A stretch of 64,000 bases of DNA, taken from Candidatus Eiseniibacteriota bacterium. Its GTDB lineage: Bacteria > Eisenbacteria > RBG-16-71-46. The DNA lies in the NCBI GenBank assembly GCA_963776245.1, contig CAVZLN010000005.1:1-64000 (forward strand), given 5' to 3'. Below, in pieces: positions 1 to 10,227 of this stretch. Each line of letters starts with the position of its first letter. Within the stretch, counting starts at the first letter, position 1. A model generated the notes under the pieces. It saw nothing but the letters and a program-made list of their open reading frames with translations. It made no database searches and was not told where the DNA came from. Made by a program: the position numbers and the translations under genes.

Positions 1-218
1 TTGGATTTCTCACTGGACACCGCCGGGCCAACTCAACATTTATCCCGCACTTCGCACCTCAAAACCCCACCAGATAACATTTTTGCACTGGCAGCCCGAG
101 CCCGCAGTCCGGGCGGGATACGCCGGGCGGTACTGATTGTGCAGCAGGCTCCGCAGGCTCTTGCCCCAGCCATGCCGGCTTTACGATTGTGCAGACCTTG
201 AGTTTGGGTGGTTCTAGC

Positions 219-2282
219 TCAGGGTAAGCGAAGAAGTTCTTTCAGCCGAGGCTGGATTTCAGCATCTCGCGTCTGCCGTGCCTGACTTGTAGGCAGAAGG
301 TTGGCGGGCTGTTTTTTCTGATTTTTTTCTGCCCGAATTGGATCGATATCGATCTCTATCGACTTATCCATGCCTCCATTTACAGAGGCATATGGACTTC
401 CGCAATTTATCCCCTCGATCTCAAAATTATCAAAGCGGAGATCCAGGTTGGATTGGTCGTAGCTCACTGCGAGCAGGCCGATGTATAAGGAGCCTTTATA
501 CCAAGCGTCGTAAACATCGGCTAACAATTGCCCATTGGCGTATGCGTAAATATGTGATGCCTCAAATTTCACACTGATATGGTTTGTGGCTGTCCCTTGA
601 TGGATTACTGGTGAAGAGGCTTGTGCCAGGGTTGTGATTGTTTCGTAATCGTAACGATAAATGCCAAACACACCATTTGGGGAAATCTCAAGGCTGTAAA
701 GTCTATTCCAATCCTGCGAAATCCCGAATGCAATGCCATAGGAACCAAATCTCCCATTTGAGTTACGAAGATCTACGGATACCATATAGTCAGTAGCAGC
801 AAACCCGGGTCTGGCCGCCGCAAAATAATTTTGTGGCCGGACCAATATCCGATATTCACTATCTCGATATTCATAAAGCACATTTTCTATATTGGTTGCT
901 GGCCAACCACTGGCTGGATTGCTAAAATCATCCCTGAAAAGATCACAAGGTGTTGAAACAGAGGGTAGGCAAAGGTAGCTGTATGTATCCTCAGCAGGAT
1001 AATATTCGAAAGAGCCGCTGTCGCACCGACCGTTCCGGTTGGAACCGCGCTGGTCGGTCGCGAGGATACTACCCAGATGGTCCTGGCAGCCAGCCGGATT
1101 CCCGTTATCGATCGCGCGGCTGAAGCGGGTCAGGGGGAGGTATGCAGGGCTGCCAGTCGGTGGTTTCAGGTTTGCGCTTGCCACGATAAGGTCTGTAGCC
1201 GCTGGAGTGAATTCTTGATACGTTCCGATCAGGTTATAACCCAGACTCTCGATAATTCCAGGGAAATATGGATAATTGTAAAGATCTGTGCCATTGCCTG
1301 TAATGATCGAGTTCGCTATCCGCGTTGTCGATCCTTCATTATTAATTCCCCGATAATAATTATTTGTAATTGTTACATTGAATAAATTTACATTTCCATA
1401 GTAGCCTGAATAAATTGCCCCGCCCCCGCTTCCGCCAGTATTTCCGCTGATGGTTGAATTTTCGATCGATAAAGTGGCCTCATTAAATATCGCCGAGCCG
1501 TTAAAGTAACCGAGGATGTGATTGTTGATGACCGCGCTGTTCCTGATAACAGTCTCGCTGTGGTTCGCGATGCCCGCTCCGCCGCCATAACCACTGGAGC
1601 CAGACATGCCGGAGGTATTGTTCGATATCGTTGTCTGATCAATTGTCATTGTCCCCAAAAAGGCGCCTATGCCTCCTCCCTCATGGGTTGAAGTATTGTT
1701 AGCGATCGTTGATTGATAGATATATATATCCGAATCACTTGCTATTCCTCCCCCAAAATCATTAACTGCGAGGCAATATGTAACCGAGGAGTTGGTTAGC
1801 ATTAAGTCTCCCTGGTTATAAACACCTCCGCCGCGGAATGCAGAATACCCTCTAGTTATATCAAACCTCTCGATGGTGGTTTCAGTCCCAGGGGCAATCG
1901 TTACTCCGCGCCGCATATCCTGACCATCGATGGTCGAATACCCCATCTGGCTGGTGAACCCACTATCCCAACCCCCGGACAGCGTCACGCTTTTATCTAC
2001 CAGCACCACCTGATTCTCGCTGCCAGTATAAATCCCTTCTGCAACATAGATTGTGTCCGAGGCAGAAGCCATGCCGATGGCAGCATTGATCGTTGCGCAC
2101 GGGCTGCCAGGCGATAAGCAAGAATTGCTGTCGTTCCCGCCAGGTGTAACGTACCAGGGTCCCGCGGCGTGCACCGGTTGATTGACGCTTGCCAGGATCG
2201 CAAACAGGATCAGGACGAGGAGGATGCGAAGATTCTTGCCAGTTAGTGTAGAAGCAGGCTTTGGTTGGTGACCGGTTATCAT
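219..2282 (-). CDS. Secreted right-handed beta-helix / choice-of-anchor Q-type protein with C-terminal LamG/DUF1080-like domain
   Basis: Signal peptide; 'PCATINAAI...IYVAEGIY' start; repeated GGG[IV]/T[IV]xxN units; 'SRAIDNGN...DQRG..R..RCDSGSFE'; then 'FRDDFSNPASGW...RFDNFEI'. Confidence 0.75.
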   Translation of the reverse strand: MITGHQPKPASTLTGKNLRILLVLILFAILASVNQPVHAAGPWYVTPGGNDSNSCLSPGSPCATINAAIGMASASDTIYVAEGIYTGSENQVVLVDKSVTLSGGWDSGFTSQMGYSTIDGQDMRRGVTIAPGTETTIERFDITRGYSAFRGGGVYNQGDLMLTNSSVTYCLAVNDFGGGIASDSDIYIYQSTIANNTSTHEGGGIGAFLGTMTIDQTTISNNTSGMSGSSGYGGGAGIANHSETVIRNSAVINNHILGYFNGSAIFNEATLSIENSTISGNTGGSGGGAIYSGYYGNVNLFNVTITNNYYRGINNEGSTTRIANSIITGNGTDLYNYPYFPGIIESLGYNLIGTYQEFTPAATDLIVASANLKPPTGSPAYLPLTRFSRAIDNGNPAGCQDHLGSILATDQRGSNRNGRCDSGSFEYYPAEDTYSYLCLPSVSTPCDLFRDDFSNPASGWPATNIENVLYEYRDSEYRILVRPQNYFAAARPGFAATDYMVSVDLRNSNGRFGSYGIAFGISQDWNRLYSLEISPNGVFGIYRYDYETITTLAQASSPVIHQGTATNHISVKFEASHIYAYANGQLLADVYDAWYKGSLYIGLLAVSYDQSNLDLRFDNFEIEGINCGSPYASVNGGMDKSIEIDIDPIRAEKNQKKQPANLLPTSQARQTRDAEIQPRLKELLRLP

Positions 2283-2303
2283 CGAATTCCTCCCTAGAAG
2301 AAA

Positions 2304-2330
2304 CGCGGCACCCTGAAATTTGGGTGCCGC
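2304..2330 (-). terminator. Hairpin in the 5' leader of the 219..2282 gene (possible attenuator)
   Basis: gcggcaccc...gggtgccgc 9-bp stem, followed on the minus strand by gtttcttct and then the RBS gggagg. Confidence 0.4.
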
Positions 2331-2403
2331 AATGAAACGACTGTTCTGCGCGCAGTGAAATCGGTTCAGGGTTTTATTAATATGAGATTAATGAATTTCC
2401 TTC

Positions 2404-2432
2404 ACTTTAACACGGAAAACCGCGCCTGTCAA
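2404..2432 (-). promoter_or_regulatory. sigma70-type promoter for the 219..2282 gene
   Basis: Minus strand reads TTGACA-N17-TAAAGT with a TG at the extended -10 position, about 120 nt upstream of the ATG. Confidence 0.55.
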
Positions 2433-2452
2433 ATTTCTTTAATCTTTCCAGC

Positions 2453-2583
2453 TTATTCCTCAATGCCCCAGCCAACAGACCCCTCAAGAAATACTGCCCC
2501 AAGGAGATGTACGCCAAAAGGGTGGGCAGGGCGGCTATCAGCGAACCTGCCGTCTCCACGTTCCAGGATAAAATCTGGCTGCC
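2453..2583 (-). pseudogene. Orphan C-terminal remnant of a carbohydrate ABC transporter permease
   Basis: GSQILSWNVETAGSLIAALPTLLAYISLGQYFLRGLLAGAL resembles the C-terminal helix of MalG-type sugar permeases; the rest of the gene is absent. Confidence 0.55.
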
Positions 2584-2864
2584 CCTGCCGCAGCTCACTT
2601 TCAGCGCACTGGTTTTGACTTGCCAATCGATTTGTTCGATCAGGGATATATCGTGGCACACACCAGCCACAATCCCCAGCCGGTCTATCCGTTGAGTTTC
2701 GTATTATTGTTCGGCGCTCATGCGCCAAGCTTACCAAAAATTCCCAAAATTTGCTATCGGTAGGTGCGAAATGTGGGATTAATAATTCCAATTGGAATAT
2801 AAAAACCCAGCTGCCGAAGTTGACTGGAGTAACTTCCCTCTCCCGGCGAGAAGGGGTCGCAATC

Positions 2865-3623
2865 TTACTTTTCCTCGATGCGCACAGTCTGGACAGCTTT
2901 GACCGGGACGCGGGAGCGTGGCGCTTCAGCGCGGGTTGCGTTGCCGGCTTTCGAGGCAAGGATGCGGTAGAAGAGAAAGAACAAAAATACCAGGCCGGTG
3001 AACCAATACATCCCAGCCACCCACGGGTTGCCGTTGTCGCTCCCCGCCAGGAGTCCGTGCACCAGCGCCATCAGGAAGGTTGAGAATGAAGCAAAGTGGA
3101 TTAACCGCCATGCCCGGTTCCCGATATTCTTACGCACATAGAAGCTGAATAAAACCACTGCCCAGATGATCAAAGCCAGCTGCCCGATGCCCACCCAAAG
3201 CGGTTTGTAGGAGGCCACTGCAAACGGCACCAGCAGCTGGATCAGACTGACGTTGATAAAGCGGTCGCCCATCAAAATCAAGGCATGGAACCCGGCCATT
3301 CCCAGCCCCAGCAGGCTGAAAAACTCGTGCACCGTGAAAGCAGTCGGTCCACCAGGCCAGATCTTTGCCATGCGGTTAGTGATCACCAATCCAAAAATCA
3401 TCGAGAGCCACAGCAAGAAATAGGCAATCAGCGCGCTGGCGCGCGAAAGGTACCAAAATCCTTTGGGCTGCGTGCCAACCAGGGTGTTGGTCAGACCGGG
3501 CACCCAGGAAGACAGGACGATATAAGCCACCAATACCCCGGTGAGCGTCCCTGCCAGGACCAGGGCAATGACCGGCCAGGTGATCGTGGTTTGTTCATCA
3601 TCGAACGAGTTCGAAGGCTGCAT
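2865..3623 (-). CDS. Ferric reductase-like (MsrQ-like) transmembrane protein
   Basis: About 6 TM helices; 'WYLSRASALIAY', 'VHEFFS...FHALIL', 'WRLIHFASF...LVHGLLAGSD' with 4 candidate heme His; RBS agaggag before ATG 3623. Confidence 0.85.
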   Translation of the reverse strand: MQPSNSFDDEQTTITWPVIALVLAGTLTGVLVAYIVLSSWVPGLTNTLVGTQPKGFWYLSRASALIAYFLLWLSMIFGLVITNRMAKIWPGGPTAFTVHEFFSLLGLGMAGFHALILMGDRFINVSLIQLLVPFAVASYKPLWVGIGQLALIIWAVVLFSFYVRKNIGNRAWRLIHFASFSTFLMALVHGLLAGSDNGNPWVAGMYWFTGLVFLFFLFYRILASKAGNATRAEAPRSRVPVKAVQTVRIEEK

Positions 3624-4558
3624 AATCCAGGCTCTCCTCTTCATACGCCGAAAAGTTCGTTGTGCGGTACTGTTGGCCATTTTCCAGGACGAGCAATCCT
3701 GCTAATGCTGGATGCGCCTCGAGCTGCTCCAGACCTGCCTGGCTGCCGGAGATCAGCGCGGTCTTGGCAGCAGCTTCCGCCTCCATCACCGTGGGAGCGA
3801 TAACCGTGGCGCTGAGCACATCCGTTACGGCAGGCAGCCCGCTGCGCGGGTCGATGAGGTGGTGCTGCCATTTGCCGTTCTGCAGCCAGCGCCGCCGGTC
3901 TCTGCCCGAAGTAGCCACACCGCAGCGCCCGAGCAATAACACTCCCAATTGCTGCTCCGGATGGAGTGGATCGGCTATACCGACCGGCCAGGGCTGCCCA
4001 TCTTGCTGCAAGCCGCTGATCGCAATATCCCCGCCCCCGTCAACGAGGGTTGGGCCATAGCATTTCAGCTTCAACATTGCCTGGTGAACGGCCCAGCCTT
4101 TGGCGACGCCGCCGAAATCCAGGCCTGACCCTTCAGGCAGGCTAATCGTATGCGTTCTCGCATCCCGGGCGACCATATCTAAGGGGGGGATAGGCTGCGC
4201 CGCTCCTGCGGATACATGATCTGCCGGTTTCCCTGCGAGCTCGTCGAAACTGCGGTCATAACCCGCATGGAGCATGGCTGTCAAGACCAGGGGTGTAACA
4301 ACTCCGCCTGCTCGCGCGTTCCGCAGCCACTGCCGTCTGGAACACTTCCCACAGCGTCTCTCCAACCCGGACAGGCTGCCCGGCTTGCCGGTTTAGGCGG
4401 TTGAGCTCGCTCTGAGGACGAAAACGGCTCAGGCTCTCTTCCCAGGCTTCAAACCAGAGCGGCACGGTTTCCAGCCGGCGCCGCGTCTGCGCAGATTCAG
4501 AGTCCAGAGCGGCAAGGATTTGTGAGCCCATGGCTCGAAAAGTATGCTTGTGAAGCAT
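3598..4558 (-). CDS. apbE: FAD:protein FMN transferase (ApbE), one frameshift near 4310
   Basis: N-part 'FRAMGS...LSRFRPQSELNRLN' (4256..4558 frame); C-part 'LDFGGVAKGW, DGGGDI, VATSG, HHLIDPRSG' (3598..4365 frame). Confidence 0.9.
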
Positions 4559-5025
4559 TATGACGACCGGGTGCTGGTAACGGTTGTGCGCTTTGCGTGC
4601 CCGGAGGATGGCTTGGATCCACCCAATAAGATCTTTACCGGGGCCTGAACCGCAGGCGCCTGAACTACAGGCGTCTGAACTACAGGCGCCTGCACCGCAG
4701 GAGCTGCTTGTCCCTGCTGGCTGACCATAGCAGCTGCTGGAGCTTGCCCTAGCATACTGAAGCTCGCCGTATCAGGAGCCGGCGGTACTAAGGTTGGCAG
4801 CGGCGGCAGGTCCAGAACCAGCGTATTGGATGACTGATCTGGAGTAGGAGGAAGAGTTCCTGTGGGATCCGGGTTCGCATTGGTGGTGGCAGCCGCCTGG
4901 TCGGCCTGGCGAGCGAGCAGGGACCAAATCCCTAATGTGCCGGTTACTGCCAGGCTCAGGAATAATACTTTGACTTCGGTCAGGCTCAACGAACGGCCTT
5001 TAGGGTGAGTAGATGGTTTTGGCAT
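4558..5025 (-). CDS. Membrane-anchored Pro/Ala/Gln-rich protein ending in TSTRSS
   Basis: One TM helix, low-complexity stalk; RBS aaggag before ATG 5025; stop overlaps the apbE start (TAATG). Confidence 0.7.
   Translation of the reverse strand: MPKPSTHPKGRSLSLTEVKVLFLSLAVTGTLGIWSLLARQADQAAATTNANPDPTGTLPPTPDQSSNTLVLDLPPLPTLVPPAPDTASFSMLGQAPAAAMVSQQGQAAPAVQAPVVQTPVVQAPAVQAPVKILLGGSKPSSGHAKRTTVTSTRSS
4643..4700. repeat. About four 15-bp tandem repeats encoding P[AV]VQ[AT]
   Basis: ctgaaccgcaggcgc / ctgaactacaggcgt / ctgaactacaggcgc / ctgcaccgcagg. Confidence 0.7.
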
Positions 5026-5084
5026 GGGTGTCTCCTTGAAAATAGCTGCAAGATCCTTTTCGATGTTCACGCAGATGGTGCGGT

Positions 5085-5738
5085 TTAGTCGTCACCGCCA
5101 CCCTCATGCTCACCGTCATCATCGTGGTCGTTAGCCCTGGCAACTACCTTCCCCGGCTGGGCGTTCTTCGCCCGTTGGACGGTCAGCAGCTGTCCATCCA
5201 TGGAGACGAAAGCTACATCGCCGGACGAGAAGGTCACTTTATAGGCAGGAATGCCGTTGAAGCTGGCTGATTTGACACTATAAATTTTGCTTTGGCCTAA
5301 TGCAACGGCTGCTATTTGAGCAGCCTGCTCCGGCGAGACAAGTGAAGGTACCACCAGGACGGGCGCCTGTGTATCAACCGCCGCAGCGCCGGCTGATGCG
5401 CCAGCGGAGGTTGCAGCCTCCGCTGCTTGCATTGCCGCTAACTGCGCTTCCAGCTCCTGCTGCTTTTGCTGCGCCTGCTCCAGGCGGGTATTCGCTTCGT
5501 TTATAAGCGCCTGGTATGCCGCATCTCGCTGCTCGATCGTCTGCTGGATTTGCTCCTGGGTCTGAGCTTCTAACCCGGATGAGCTATTCACCTGTTGGAT
5601 ATCTTGGGGCACATCTTGCTGGACAATCGTTTTCGCTTTGGCCAGCTCGGTGGCGCGCGCAGAATAAACGACGCCTCCTAAAACAGCGACAACCATTGCT
5701 GTCAATACTGCTGAGATAAGTAATGCCATGCGGTTCAT
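5085..5738 (-). CDS. Exported coiled-coil protein with PepSY-like domain and His/Asp-rich tail
   Basis: Signal/TM segment; Gln-rich coiled coil; 'VSPEQAAQIA...YKVTF...VSMDGQLL'; ends DHDDDGEHEGGGDD. Confidence 0.7.
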   Translation of the reverse strand: MNRMALLISAVLTAMVVAVLGGVVYSARATELAKAKTIVQQDVPQDIQQVNSSSGLEAQTQEQIQQTIEQRDAAYQALINEANTRLEQAQQKQQELEAQLAAMQAAEAATSAGASAGAAAVDTQAPVLVVPSLVSPEQAAQIAAVALGQSKIYSVKSASFNGIPAYKVTFSSGDVAFVSMDGQLLTVQRAKNAQPGKVVARANDHDDDGEHEGGGDD

Positions 5739-5858
5739 TTTAGACCTCCTGAAGAGCTGCTTCGCTGAACTCGGAATTCGACCTTGTCGTTTCCAGGTTG
5801 ATCAACCTGCATAGAATAGCTGAGTTAGATTGAGATTTCCTTGAAAACGCCCCCAATT

Positions 5859-5878
5859 TTTCCAATCAATTTCCAATC
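5859..5878. promoter_or_regulatory. Candidate OmpR-family binding direct repeat
   Basis: tttccaatc-aa-tttccaatc with 11-bp periodicity in the divergent intergenic region beside the response regulator. Confidence 0.4.
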
Positions 5879-5991
5879 TTTTTGGATTAGAACTCCTTCT
5901 TAGATGGCGCACTGAATTGTAGACCGGTTTTGCCGCAGGCCCATCGGTGTGGTCAACCACAAGACAATGGATTGGAGTATAAGGATTTCGA

Positions 5992-6675
5992 ATGCGTATC
6001 CTGGTAATTGAAGATGACCGGCGGCTGGCAACCTTAATGCGCAAGGTCCTCGAGGAAGAGCAGTTTGTTGTCGACCTGGCGCATGATGGCGATCTCGGGC
6101 TGGAGATCGCCCTGCGCGGCGCGCACGACGTCGCAGTTATCGACTGGATGCTGCCCTCCCGGGATGGCCCATCTATTGTACGGGCGGTCCGGTCAGCCCG
6201 GATTCCTTTAGCCATCCTAATGCTGACAGCCCGCACCCAGGTTGAAGACCGGGTCGCCGGGCTGTACAGCGGCGCAGATGATTACCTCGGAAAGCCGTTC
6301 TCGTTCGACGAGCTGATCGCTCGCTTGCGCGCCCTCGGACGGAGAGTTAGCCCGGGTGCGCCGGATGCCTTTGAGCTGCGCGCTGGCAGCCTGGTGCTCG
6401 ACTTGCGCGCCCATTCTGCCCGGCGTGGTGATTTTCCCCTGGAGCTAACCAAGACCGAGTGGTCTTTGCTGGAATGTATGCTGCGCCACCCCGGACAGAC
6501 GCTCACTCGCCAGTTCATCCTGGATTACGTCTGGTCTTATGAGAGTGACGTGCAGCCGACGATGGTCGATGTGTATGTCTCTTATTTGCGCACCAAGCTG
6601 CACCGCCCCGGTCTGATAGATCCTATTCAGACCGTGCGCGGCATCGGCTACCGTTTGGAGGTAGGGGATGCTTAG
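5992..6675 (+). CDS. OmpR/PhoB-family response regulator
   Basis: 'MRILVIEDD', 'IDWMLP', 'GADDYLGKPF', winged helix 'VDVYVSYLRTKL...IQTVRGIGY'. Confidence 0.95.
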   Translation: MRILVIEDDRRLATLMRKVLEEEQFVVDLAHDGDLGLEIALRGAHDVAVIDWMLPSRDGPSIVRAVRSARIPLAILMLTARTQVEDRVAGLYSGADDYLGKPFSFDELIARLRALGRRVSPGAPDAFELRAGSLVLDLRAHSARRGDFPLELTKTEWSLLECMLRHPGQTLTRQFILDYVWSYESDVQPTMVDVYVSYLRTKLHRPGLIDPIQTVRGIGYRLEVGDA

Positions 6676-8152
6676 ACGCCTGCGCCTGCAGCTTTCAGGT
6701 CTTTACCTGCTGGCAGCGCTCAGCCTGGTAACCCTGGTGGGCGTTGGCGCTTACTCGCTGCTGCGCTCTTACCTGGAAACCACCACCGACCTGGCCTTGC
6801 AGTACAAGATGGCCAGCTACTTCCGCAGCTATGGCTTGCAGCTGCCCCCTGAGCTGGCCTCGGCTGAACGGACCTGGCTGGAGAGTTATGGACGCACCGT
6901 CCCTTCTCCAACCGCTATCGCAACAATAACAACTGTTCCCACAGCCGTGCAGCGCGTTCAAAGCAGTGGAGAAGAAAATGAAGGAGAAAGTGAAGGGGAA
7001 AGTGAAGACGCTCCCCACCCACCGGCTAATTCTGTGCCCCAGCCTGACTCCCAGGCTGAGCATCAATCCGGTGGCGAGGTAGAAGCCAATGAGGATCAGT
7101 ATAATGGTGAGCTGGCCTCGGTATTCGTTATCCCGCTCGACGCGGCGAACGAGCGGGTTCCGGCGCCTAATGTTCAGTCTGCCCCAATCCTGCAAGATCG
7201 CGTAGCCGGCGCGGCAGCGCTGCAGAGTGGGGAGGACCTGCGCACCAGCTTGCTGCCGGATGGCAACCGGGTGCGCCTGCTGACCTACCGCACGAACATT
7301 CCTAACGGACCGGTATTACTGCAGGCGGGGCGTTTACTGCGCGACCAGGAACGAATATTGCGTTCTTTCTTGACCGGGCTGCTGGCATTGGCTGGGATCA
7401 GCATCGTATTGTTGGGAGCCGGCAGCTGGTGGCTCTCGGGGCGCTCGCTCGGACCCGCTCAGCGAGCATGGGACCAGCAGCAGGCATTTATCTCCAATGC
7501 CAGCCACGAGCTGCGCACCCCACTCACGTTAATTAAGGCATCTGCCGATTACGGCTTGCGCACTCAATCCGGCGCAGACCAGGAACAGCTTTTTGACGAC
7601 ATCTTGCAAGAGAGCGATTACATGAATCGCCTGGTAGATGACCTGCTGACCCTCTCGCGGCTGGATACTCGCCGCTTGAAATTGAGCCGCCAACCTGTCG
7701 ACCTCTCGATCTTGCTGGAGGATGTCCGCCGCCAGGCAGAGAAGCTGGCAGCCGAGAAAAATGTTGCCGTCCGGCTGGTCGCGGCGGAGGGGACTGTGCT
7801 GGCAGACCCAACTCACCTGCGCCAGGTGCTGTTAATCCTGCTGGACAATGCCATCCGTTATACCCCGCCCAGTGGGCTGGTCCAGCTGGAAACCAGCCTC
7901 TTTGGCAGGCGCAGGCAGATTATCGTGAGCGATAATGGCTACGGGATCCCGGCACAAAACTTACCGCACGTCTTCGAACGCTTCTACCAGGTCGACCAGC
8001 CAGGGGTGGAGAGCAGCCGCAGCAATGGTCTGGGCTTGTCGATAGCCAAAGGCTTGATGGAAGCGCAAGAGGGGACGATCGCCATCGAAAGCCGGGTCAG
8101 GGAGGGGACGCGGGTGACGCTCACTCTCCCGTCAGCAGAACGCACCCGATAA
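6668..8152 (+). CDS. Sensor histidine kinase
   Basis: 2 TM helices; H-box 'ASHELRTPLT', N-box 'LLDNAIRY', 'DNGYGI', 'GLGLSIAK'; overlaps the regulator gene. Confidence 0.95.
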   Translation: MLRRLRLQLSGLYLLAALSLVTLVGVGAYSLLRSYLETTTDLALQYKMASYFRSYGLQLPPELASAERTWLESYGRTVPSPTAIATITTVPTAVQRVQSSGEENEGESEGESEDAPHPPANSVPQPDSQAEHQSGGEVEANEDQYNGELASVFVIPLDAANERVPAPNVQSAPILQDRVAGAAALQSGEDLRTSLLPDGNRVRLLTYRTNIPNGPVLLQAGRLLRDQERILRSFLTGLLALAGISIVLLGAGSWWLSGRSLGPAQRAWDQQQAFISNASHELRTPLTLIKASADYGLRTQSGADQEQLFDDILQESDYMNRLVDDLLTLSRLDTRRLKLSRQPVDLSILLEDVRRQAEKLAAEKNVAVRLVAAEGTVLADPTHLRQVLLILLDNAIRYTPPSGLVQLETSLFGRRRQIIVSDNGYGIPAQNLPHVFERFYQVDQPGVESSRSNGLGLSIAKGLMEAQEGTIAIESRVREGTRVTLTLPSAERTR

Positions 8153-8164
8153 TACCCCAAGTAT

Positions 8165-8215
8165 CTATCCGAAAATGGATAGGAGGACCGATTTTGTAGT
8201 GCACCACAAAATCGG
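8165..8215. terminator. Two hairpins between convergent genes
   Basis: ctatcc..ggatag and ccgattttgt..acaaaatcgg (10-bp stem). Confidence 0.5.
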
Positions 8216-8285
8216 ACCCCCTCGTATTTTCCCGCAATTCCTCAGCGAACTGTGTAAGTCCTAAGATTATATATCCGCGGGCAGC

Positions 8286-9959
8286 TTATGGGGCAGAGCC
8301 GGCTGCCTGGCGGATGGCTTGCAGGTCATAGACGCGCACGTATTCGATCCCATTGTGGCTGAAGGTATAGATGGGGGGATATTTCGCCAGGTAATCCAGC
8401 ACCCGCGCCGAAGAACGCCGCTGCCATTGGTGCACGTAGATGACGGCGTAATCCCCGTCGAGAATATTTGAATACCATGCGTCGCTGATGGCAGAGCTGA
8501 TCGGTATGGAGCCCGCCCATTTATCGAAGTGATAGTTGAAGGCGGCTGCATACCAGGCATGCACTACCTTGTTTTCAATCCCCGGCTGCTGGTTCAAGAA
8601 GCGCGCCGCCTGGTCCAGGCCTTCCCCCCAACCGATTACCAGCGCCTGTGGAGCCCGGCTCGGACCGCCCATCAGCGGGTTGTAATACGATAACGGATAA
8701 GGATAAGCCTGCCACAGCAAGGCGCCCTGCCAGACCAGGGCGAGGGCAATGATCAGGTATGCCGCCGCTTTCGCCAGGCGGCTTTCGGCGCGTGCCTGGA
8801 GCCATCGCACCAGCTGGACGAGCCCCACCCCAGCCAGCAGATCCAGGGGGGGATAGATGGGGGTAAGGTAGCGGTCCGTTTTTTTGGTGCTGAGCGTCAT
8901 GATGCCGGTGAACAGGACGCAAAAAACGAACAGCCAGGCGATATTCCAGCGGGTGGCTGAGTGCCGGTAGGTCTTCCACAGCGCGAGGGCTGCGATGACA
9001 CCCAGGATCACCACCGGGGTTGTCCGCCATAGGAATGTGAGCGGGTAAAAATAGAAGTAGCGCAGCCCGATCTGACCGCCCGGGATGAGCTGACCGTTGA
9101 AGAAAGAGTTCGTGCTGTGCTCGCCCGCCGCCGATTTCGAGCGAAAAGCTGAAAATCTGAAGTCAAAATCTTCAGCGGGGCTGTCCATAATGCCGGGAAG
9201 AGCAGGACGTATGCGACGATGCCAGCCGCCAGCCATATCCCCAGGGTGATCGCCGCCTGTTTGATCCTGAGGCGGCGTGCGCCCGGCAAGCGCCAGGCGC
9301 ACCAGGCTGCCAGAATGCCTGCCATCGGGATGAGAATGATACCGGTGGTCTTGGTCAGGCAGGCCAGGCCGGCTGCCAGCCCGGAGATTACCAGGTCTGC
9401 TTTACGGCTGCGCTGGCTGAAATCCAGCAGCGCCAGCAAGGAAAGGAAAACGAAAACAGCCAGCAGCCCGTCGGTAGCCAGCAAGCGCCCGTGGGCGAAC
9501 ATGAACGGATCGAACGCCAGGATCAGGAATCCGACCAGGGCGGGCAGGGTCCCAAAGCAGCGGCGCGCATAGTAAAAGCAAGCCAACATCAGCCCGGCGG
9601 TAAGCAGGACGGTCAGCATCCGGCTGAATGCCAGGAGCTCCAGGGGGCTGTGCCCGTAATCCTGCAGCAGCTCTTTCAGGTGCAGGTCGGCGATGTCCAG
9701 GCTGCCCAGGTTGCGGTAAGCCGGGAAGCGCAGCAGGAAGCCGGCGGCGCCGGTCCACAGGGTGGGGATCCCCGGCTGGATCACCCGGAAGGTGGAGGCG
9801 AGCCTGCCGTGGACTGAGGGCGTAATAGAAATTGCCCGACTCGCGCACGTACATCGGCTCGTCGGCGATGACGAACTGGCCCAGGTTCCCCAGGCGCGGC
9901 AAAGTGAAGGCGCAGAACACCAGGAAATACGGGATCACCCGCAGGATCAGCTTCTTCAT
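8286..9959 (-). CDS. GT39/ArnT-like (GT-C) membrane glycosyltransferase, split by 2 or more frameshifts
   Basis: 'LPRLGNLG...ADEP', '(H)PGIPTLW', 'FDPFMFAHGRLLATDG', 'LACLTK', 'KKTDRYLTP', 'LSYYNPLMGG...GWGEGL' spread across three frames. Confidence 0.8.
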
Positions 9960-10227
9960 ATCCGCCTGATTTTACTTCTGTTGGTGAAATATATCCTAAT
10001 ATTGCATTAATTCTAAATATCGATATACTTTAATCGACAGATGTCTAATGGATTACCGGTATTAGCGAACATAACGGCAAATCATCGGGGGGAGAAGATC
10101 TGGTTGTGCATCCGGTCGTGACGCAAGGTGCATCCCCAGCTTACTTTTCCTTGAATATCAACAAGCCAAAAATCGAATATCTCTGAGAAAGAAGTATTTT
10201 GTTCGTCGCTAAATAAGGATGCATTAA

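Noticed and set aside
10075..10140. c-di-GMP-I riboswitch (GGCAAA...GACGCAA)
   Set aside because: Spacing, GNRA tetraloop and P3 elements do not fit the consensus.
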